Shown in pieces: positions 26,751 to 32,000 of a stretch of 32,000 nucleotides of DNA (positions within the stretch are counted from its first letter, which is position 1; the number at the start of each line of letters is the position of its first letter). This stretch comes from Candidatus Thorarchaeota archaeon (lineage in GTDB: Archaea; Asgardarchaeota; Thorarchaeia; Thorarchaeales; Thorarchaeaceae): positions 102,794 through 134,793 of the forward strand of contig SHMX01000007.1 of assembly GCA_008080745.1 (NCBI GenBank), read 5' to 3'. The notes under the pieces were generated by a model that saw nothing but the letters and a program-made list of their open reading frames with translations, made no database searches and was not told the DNA's origin. The position numbers and the translations under genes are program-made.

Positions 26751-27275
26751 TCAATCCTTGATGTCCATTCTTCCAGATGGAATTTTGACGTAATATGATC
26801 CCTCTGTGTGTGACCGTCTCAGTTCCATTAGACTGATTCCAAGTCCGTATACGTGGATTTTCTTATCAGGTACAATTCTGATGAAGACCATATCTTCTGA
26901 ATCGTTGGAGGATTCTTCCAAATTCATCCTGAGAATTCTCGAGTCTTGAAAGGATTTTACTCCAATGGGGTCATCGGAGGGCAAAATTTCTGCGAAACCT
27001 TGGAATGAAACTGCATTAGGTGGGACGAATCTCAGCCAATAATGTGGGTAGGGGATAACAAATGCAACATCTTGATTGCGTTGAATGTTCTTTGTCTTCT
27101 GGTATCTCTTACCTGTCATGACATAGAGACTGAATATCTCGTCTGGTGGCGAGACCCCGTATAGTATCCCTGTGGAGTGGGGTCTTCCATCTTTAGTAAT
27201 AGTGCTGAGAATTCCAAAATTCTTTTTCCTCATCTTTTTCTCAATAAATTCGAATGAAAATCTCTCTTTTACCAT
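26751..27275 (-). CDS. Pyridoxamine 5'-phosphate oxidase-like FMN-binding protein
   Basis: GILSTITKDGRPHS and KTKNIQRNQDVAF split-barrel pattern. Likely start ATG27275; the ORF track extends to 27332. Confidence 0.75.
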   Translation of the reverse strand: MVKERFSFEFIEKKMRKKNFGILSTITKDGRPHSTGILYGVSPPDEIFSLYVMTGKRYQKTKNIQRNQDVAFVIPYPHYWLRFVPPNAVSFQGFAEILPSDDPIGVKSFQDSRILRMNLEESSNDSEDMVFIRIVPDKKIHVYGLGISLMELRRSHTEGSYYVKIPSGRMDIKD

Positions 27276-27455
27276 TCCAATCGCTTCTTGTGTGCCTTGA
27301 TGGAATATAAACAGTGATGCTCCGATACACAAACTAACTTTCTATCAGAGGTTCGAAAAAAGGAAAAGGTACGACAACTGAATACTATTATTCTTACAGA
27401 TTATCAACTAGAACGCTATATGATTAAGTAGTCATAGAATCTACAGATTATTGGA

Positions 27456-30400
27456 GTGTTACTATTGAGAAAAAGCGTCGTCCACCAAACAATTAGCATC
27501 CTAACTGTACTGATGTTAGTCCTTCCTGTTCTATCCTTGAGTATTTCAATCACCATGGATGCTACAGAGAAGCAGACTGGCCCAATAGCTATCCCTGTTG
27601 CTCCTGCGGACCCCAGTATCGTCTATCATGGAGGCACGGACGTTGGTTATGTACCTGAACCACAGCTAGCACCTGTAGGTCCACAGACCCTGCTAGTGAT
27701 TATAGTTGAATTCTCGGATCAGGCTGGTACTGAAACCAATGATACCTTTGATGACCTCATATTTGGAAATGTGAGTGATTACTATCAAAAGGTCTCATAT
27801 GGACAGTCTTCTCTATCTGGGGATGTTACGGACTGGTACAATTTAGGACATATCAAGTCATTCTACGGTGCTGATGGAGCAACCTCTGGTGTCATCGATG
27901 ATACAGATGATGATGGCGACAATGATAGCTGGCAGATGGTCGATGATGCACTGGCCGCTGCAGATCCTGATGTGGATTTCTCCCTCTACGGTCATATTAT
28001 GGTTCTTCACTCTGGCAATGGACAGGAGAGCTCTGGCAATTCGAACGATATATGGTCGGTACGATGGAGCTGGCCTGGACATTTTGTCACTGATGAGAAG
28101 ACCTTTGACTCGTGTTCGATTGTCCCAGAGTATCAAGGTGGGGACGTAGACCGGTCCATTGGCGTGATAGCTCACGAGTTTGGTCATGATATTGGACTTC
28201 CTGACCTTTACCACTATGGCAAATCTGGCGCTGATGATCTAGTTGGAATCTGGGGGTTGATGGCCTCGGGAAGCTGGGGTGGTAGTCCCAGTGGAACAGT
28301 CCCCGTTCATATGACTGCCTATTGCAAGCTGGTACTAGACTGGTATACAGCAGGTGAGGTCTATGAACTATCTTCTGGTTCACATACCAGTCTTCTTACT
28401 GCGTCATCTAATCAGACATCAGGAACCCGAGTAATTCGATATAATGTCACAAGCTCCTACTACTATCTCGTTGAGGCTCGCTATCAATCGGGATACGATG
28501 CGAGTCTTGCAGAAAGCGGTGTACTAGTGACCCGAGTAGATACCAACTATGCAAGCGGTGAGGGAATTGTACAGGTACGATCTGATGAGACCTCTTCGCT
28601 CTCCTATGCGACCTTCGAGGTGGGAACAGAATTCGTTGATGAGGTTGCAGGATTTGCTATGCAGGTTCTCTCCCAAGAGGGAAGTGGATTTGTTGTCCGA
28701 GTGACAGCTGACCCTCTTGACGGTTGGTTATCTGAGCATGAACTGAGTGGTGATGATTACACTCAATTCTCAAATCCCGCAATGACCACCAATAGCGCTG
28801 GCACCATCTATTGTGCTTATTCTGAATTGAATTCAACATCTGGCTATTATCAAGTTCGAGTGAAAAAGAGCACTGATGCTAGTCTGAGTTGGACGCATGC
28901 CTTTGGATTCTATTCAGCCACGGGCAATCTAACGAATACCGACATCGCAATTGATGTCTACAATGATAGAGTCTTTGTTGTATACGAGTATCAATCTGGA
29001 ACGACCTATGAGGTACGGCTTGCACAATATGATTCAACTGACACATTGATAGGCTTCTCGACTATAGCATCTAATGCCCGCGATCCTAGTATATTCATTG
29101 AATATCATGCTGGTTCTGGAAATGATATTATGATTGCATACGAATCGTGGACGGGAACTTCCAGCTCTGAGATCGCTATTGAACGAAGTAATGACCACGG
29201 TTCATCCTTTTTCATCCAAAACACTCTGAGTGCTATGACTTTCAGTGTAGATCCACAGATTGTAGGGTCATATGGGTTCGATGGTACCATGCGATTCTAT
29301 GTGGTATATATTGAGGGTGATGCTATGAACAATCTGCTTCGTGTATCGCTATCTCGGTCAGATGATTATTTCACGTCCTTCGATACCGGTTACGCAAGCT
29401 TCGCTAATACTCTGTCATCACCAACTGTGGCTGCCATACGGGGTGCCCCAACAGTCATTTTCGCCTGTTCTATCAATTCTGGTGGTAGCTATAACAGTGA
29501 CATTATCATATACTACAGTACTGATCATGGTGACAGTTACACCTCAAACACTTTGTTGTACGAAACAACAGATGACGAGAAGTATCCCCTTCTCAAAGCT
29601 GACGGAAATACTGCTGACTCCAACGCAAAGGGTCAGTTCTACCTAAGCTACTATAATGGAAACGATATTGAGGTACGTCGTATCTATTATGATCGCCCAA
29701 GTGTACTCTCATCAGCACATACAGTGAGTTCCGATACATATCCTACAGATTCTGGTATTGCTGGAACTGTGCATTTTGCGCAAAGCGGATACCATCCTAT
29801 CGTGGCTTGGCTTAGCAATGATGCGTATCATTCCGTTGTCAATTCTATGTCTGGCTATGCCTATACGATAGGTGCAAATACCCCTAGTCTTGAAATCGAT
29901 GTGAATGGTCAGACATTTACCTGTCCAGTGGATATTGAGATACCTTTTGGCCACTCGATGACTATAGAGGTGATACAATATCAGGAGTTAGCAAATAGTC
30001 GATACAATTTCTCACATTGGACAAGCAATCCTTTTGGCATCAACTATACTGCAAATGGAACTATAGTAGTGTCTCATTTCGACTCTGGATACAATGGGGT
30101 AGCTGAGAGCCAATTTCAATGGATACTGGAAGTAGTGGGTGATTTCACCTATACTGATTCTGGCTGGGTTGATGGGGGAACTAATCTTACCTTTTCCTCT
30201 AGTGCTCCTGCTGCAAATGCAACAACACGTTTTGTGTTCAGTCACTGGTCTGGAAATGTATCTGGGACCGATGCGTCACTGAGTTCGTGGGTCATAGCAG
30301 ACCAACCCATTTACGCCTATGCACATTGGACGACTCAATACTATCTCACAATCCAGTTTCTCCCGTCAGATCTAACAGGGATGTCATCTCTTACCGACCA

Positions 30401-30743
30401 GGAAGATTGGTTTGATGCGGACTCTGATGTGACAATCAGCGCCCCGTCCATCTCTGGATATACACTAGTCCAATGGGCACTGGACAGTGAGATTCACGAT
30501 GGTGCAACTTATTCTACGGATGTCACAATGGATACCTATCACACTCTGATAGCAATCTATTCTGACGGAACAACCACGCCGACTATACCAACAACCACCA
30601 CTCCAACAGACCAAACTGGTACCACCACGACTTCTCCTACGACGAATACGGGCGATGGACCGACAATAAACTTACCAATATTTCTAAGTCTCATTCTAGT
30701 CCTACTGATAGCAAACTTTGCTCTCCTTCGCAGGAGAAGGTAG
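27456..30743 (+). CDS. Membrane-anchored M6-family (InhA-like) metalloprotease with Asp-box repeats and Thr-rich linker
   Basis: N-terminal signal/TM segment; HEFGHDIGLPDLY and GIWGLMASGSW; Asp-box-like S.D.G.S(W/F/Y) repeats; T/P-rich linker, TM helix and terminal RRRR. Confidence 0.9.
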   Translation: MLLLRKSVVHQTISILTVLMLVLPVLSLSISITMDATEKQTGPIAIPVAPADPSIVYHGGTDVGYVPEPQLAPVGPQTLLVIIVEFSDQAGTETNDTFDDLIFGNVSDYYQKVSYGQSSLSGDVTDWYNLGHIKSFYGADGATSGVIDDTDDDGDNDSWQMVDDALAAADPDVDFSLYGHIMVLHSGNGQESSGNSNDIWSVRWSWPGHFVTDEKTFDSCSIVPEYQGGDVDRSIGVIAHEFGHDIGLPDLYHYGKSGADDLVGIWGLMASGSWGGSPSGTVPVHMTAYCKLVLDWYTAGEVYELSSGSHTSLLTASSNQTSGTRVIRYNVTSSYYYLVEARYQSGYDASLAESGVLVTRVDTNYASGEGIVQVRSDETSSLSYATFEVGTEFVDEVAGFAMQVLSQEGSGFVVRVTADPLDGWLSEHELSGDDYTQFSNPAMTTNSAGTIYCAYSELNSTSGYYQVRVKKSTDASLSWTHAFGFYSATGNLTNTDIAIDVYNDRVFVVYEYQSGTTYEVRLAQYDSTDTLIGFSTIASNARDPSIFIEYHAGSGNDIMIAYESWTGTSSSEIAIERSNDHGSSFFIQNTLSAMTFSVDPQIVGSYGFDGTMRFYVVYIEGDAMNNLLRVSLSRSDDYFTSFDTGYASFANTLSSPTVAAIRGAPTVIFACSINSGGSYNSDIIIYYSTDHGDSYTSNTLLYETTDDEKYPLLKADGNTADSNAKGQFYLSYYNGNDIEVRRIYYDRPSVLSSAHTVSSDTYPTDSGIAGTVHFAQSGYHPIVAWLSNDAYHSVVNSMSGYAYTIGANTPSLEIDVNGQTFTCPVDIEIPFGHSMTIEVIQYQELANSRYNFSHWTSNPFGINYTANGTIVVSHFDSGYNGVAESQFQWILEVVGDFTYTDSGWVDGGTNLTFSSSAPAANATTRFVFSHWSGNVSGTDASLSSWVIADQPIYAYAHWTTQYYLTIQFLPSDLTGMSSLTDQEDWFDADSDVTISAPSISGYTLVQWALDSEIHDGATYSTDVTMDTYHTLIAIYSDGTTTPTIPTTTTPTDQTGTTTTSPTTNTGDGPTINLPIFLSLILVLLIANFALLRRRR

Positions 30744-30751
30744 AATCCTAA

Positions 30752-30792
30752 CCCGGGCATACTCTGTCCGGGCCCGCTCTTTTTCATTTTTT
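30752..30792 (+). terminator. GC-rich hairpin plus T tract after the protease gene
   Basis: CCCGGGCA-tactc-TGTCCGGG followed by ...TCTTTTTCATTTTTT. Confidence 0.6.
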
Positions 30793-30846
30793 CCGAATGA
30801 TGAAAGGTTATTACTAGTCAAGAGTTTCTTCTCTTGAGGTCTGCAA

Positions 30847-31566
30847 ATGTCACAGGACAAGTTCGAGGCCGATTGCATGGTCTGTGGAAAAGTATTAGTT
30901 TATGGCAAAGACCCAAAGCTGCAGAAGTGCCTATATTGCGGTTCAGAAACAGAATCTGGGATCTATTGTCCAGAGGGGCATTTTGTATGTGATGTATGTC
31001 ATGCAGTAGACGGTCTGGACTATCTGAAGAATCTTGCAGAGACCGAGACCAGTACAGACCCGCTGGAGATAGCCAAAAAAGCAATGAATCATCCAAGTTT
31101 TTCCTTTCACGGACCAGAACATCATAGTCTGGTCCCCGCTGCAATCCTCATAGCCTTGAAGAACCGTGAAATCTCTCATCCTGATGGAGAACCTATCTCG
31201 ATAAAGGATATCAAGACAGCTATTGCACGCGGATCACACATCCCTGGTGGATTCTGTGGATATGCTGGAAATTGTGGGGGTTGCGTTGGATCCGGCATTG
31301 CTGTTGCTCAATATCTTGGTTCGACACCCAGAAAAGGAAAAGAACGTACACTTGCACACAAGGCAACACACCGTGCCCTGGAACTTGTTCAGGATGAAAT
31401 GATTCGCTGTTGTAAACGTTCAGTCTATTATGGTCTTGTTGCAGGAATAGATATGTTCCGAGAAGAGTTCGGTATAGACCTAGGTCCAACCCCAGATGCT
31501 GGATTCTGTGAATTCTATGACAAGAATCCTGATTGCGTTGGGCTAGATTGTTTATTCTTTCCATAG
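30847..31566 (+). CDS. DUF5714-like Cys-rich protein with N-terminal zinc-ribbon-like motifs
   Basis: CMVC, CLYC, C..GHFVCDVC, HGPEHH.LVP, GGFCGYAGNCG and RCCKR, the pattern I recall for DUF5714. Confidence 0.7.
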   Translation: MSQDKFEADCMVCGKVLVYGKDPKLQKCLYCGSETESGIYCPEGHFVCDVCHAVDGLDYLKNLAETETSTDPLEIAKKAMNHPSFSFHGPEHHSLVPAAILIALKNREISHPDGEPISIKDIKTAIARGSHIPGGFCGYAGNCGGCVGSGIAVAQYLGSTPRKGKERTLAHKATHRALELVQDEMIRCCKRSVYYGLVAGIDMFREEFGIDLGPTPDAGFCEFYDKNPDCVGLDCLFFP

Positions 31567-32000
31567 ATTTTTGCAACCATCCTCACTCTAATTACAGCTT
31601 TGCGAGTCCTGACATTTTTTCTAGGCTTCTGCAGCTTTGCATAAGAGTGGATTTCTTTTATTCTAACATTTATGGCTCTTTTCTGCCTTATACTCGCTCT
31701 TTTTTTTCCAAAATCACTTATTTGCTCATAAATTCCATTTTGTTGTCTTTTTAGTAGATAATAGTTGTTTTTACTCTTTTCCCATCTCTAATTGGCTTTC
31801 TAGAGGTATTTGATAGTATTATTGGATATTTTAATGCTCTATAGATGCTTTTCCCATTTCGAGGGTCTTTATATGAACCGGTTGAAATATATGATAATCG
31901 ATATCTTTCTAACAACAACAGATCTGGATAAGAGAAACCCTATTTAGAACGGGTTTCCATGCAGCTGCAGAAAATAAGCTCCAAGTAAGGAGATTGAAAG

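Noticed and set aside
27395-27451. Direct repeat TACAGATTAT twice upstream of the protease
   Set aside because: Only two 10-bp copies in AT-rich DNA; not a CRISPR array and too weak to call as an operator.
30565-30660. ACC/ACN-rich low-complexity stretch
   Set aside because: Explained by the Thr/Pro linker codons of the protease.

Overview
This is an archaeal window, most likely Asgard (Thorarchaeota-like). That call is inferred from the longin-like paralogues, SCP2 protein, AOR/Fe-ADH pair and archaeal-type PAS kinase; no marker gene is present. From left to right it contains: a PHP hydrolase; SCP2 / PAS histidine kinase / Fe-ADH / AOR / PAP2 on +; a minus-strand run of ABC exporter, a disrupted TIM-barrel glycoside-hydrolase-like gene and three tandem longin-like genes (the last with NPRL2-like winged helices); a + cluster of SGNH hydrolase, LipS2, LipS1, lipoate ligase fused to a Cys-rich DUF116-like domain, LipT-like flavoprotein and a second ligase; a GalK-like kinase; an orphan DNA methyltransferase; a folate C1 set (fused FTCD, FolD, Fhs); a membrane-anchored M6 protease with Asp-box repeats; and a DUF5714-like protein. 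The most striking sequence-level signal is a 183-bp non-coding, highly structured insert at 9662-9844. It is flanked by a 3-bp direct repeat, sits at the tip of a hairpin in the GH-like gene, and its exact removal restores the reading frame. No rRNA, tRNA or CRISPR array was seen. All family calls come from motif recognition, not database searches.
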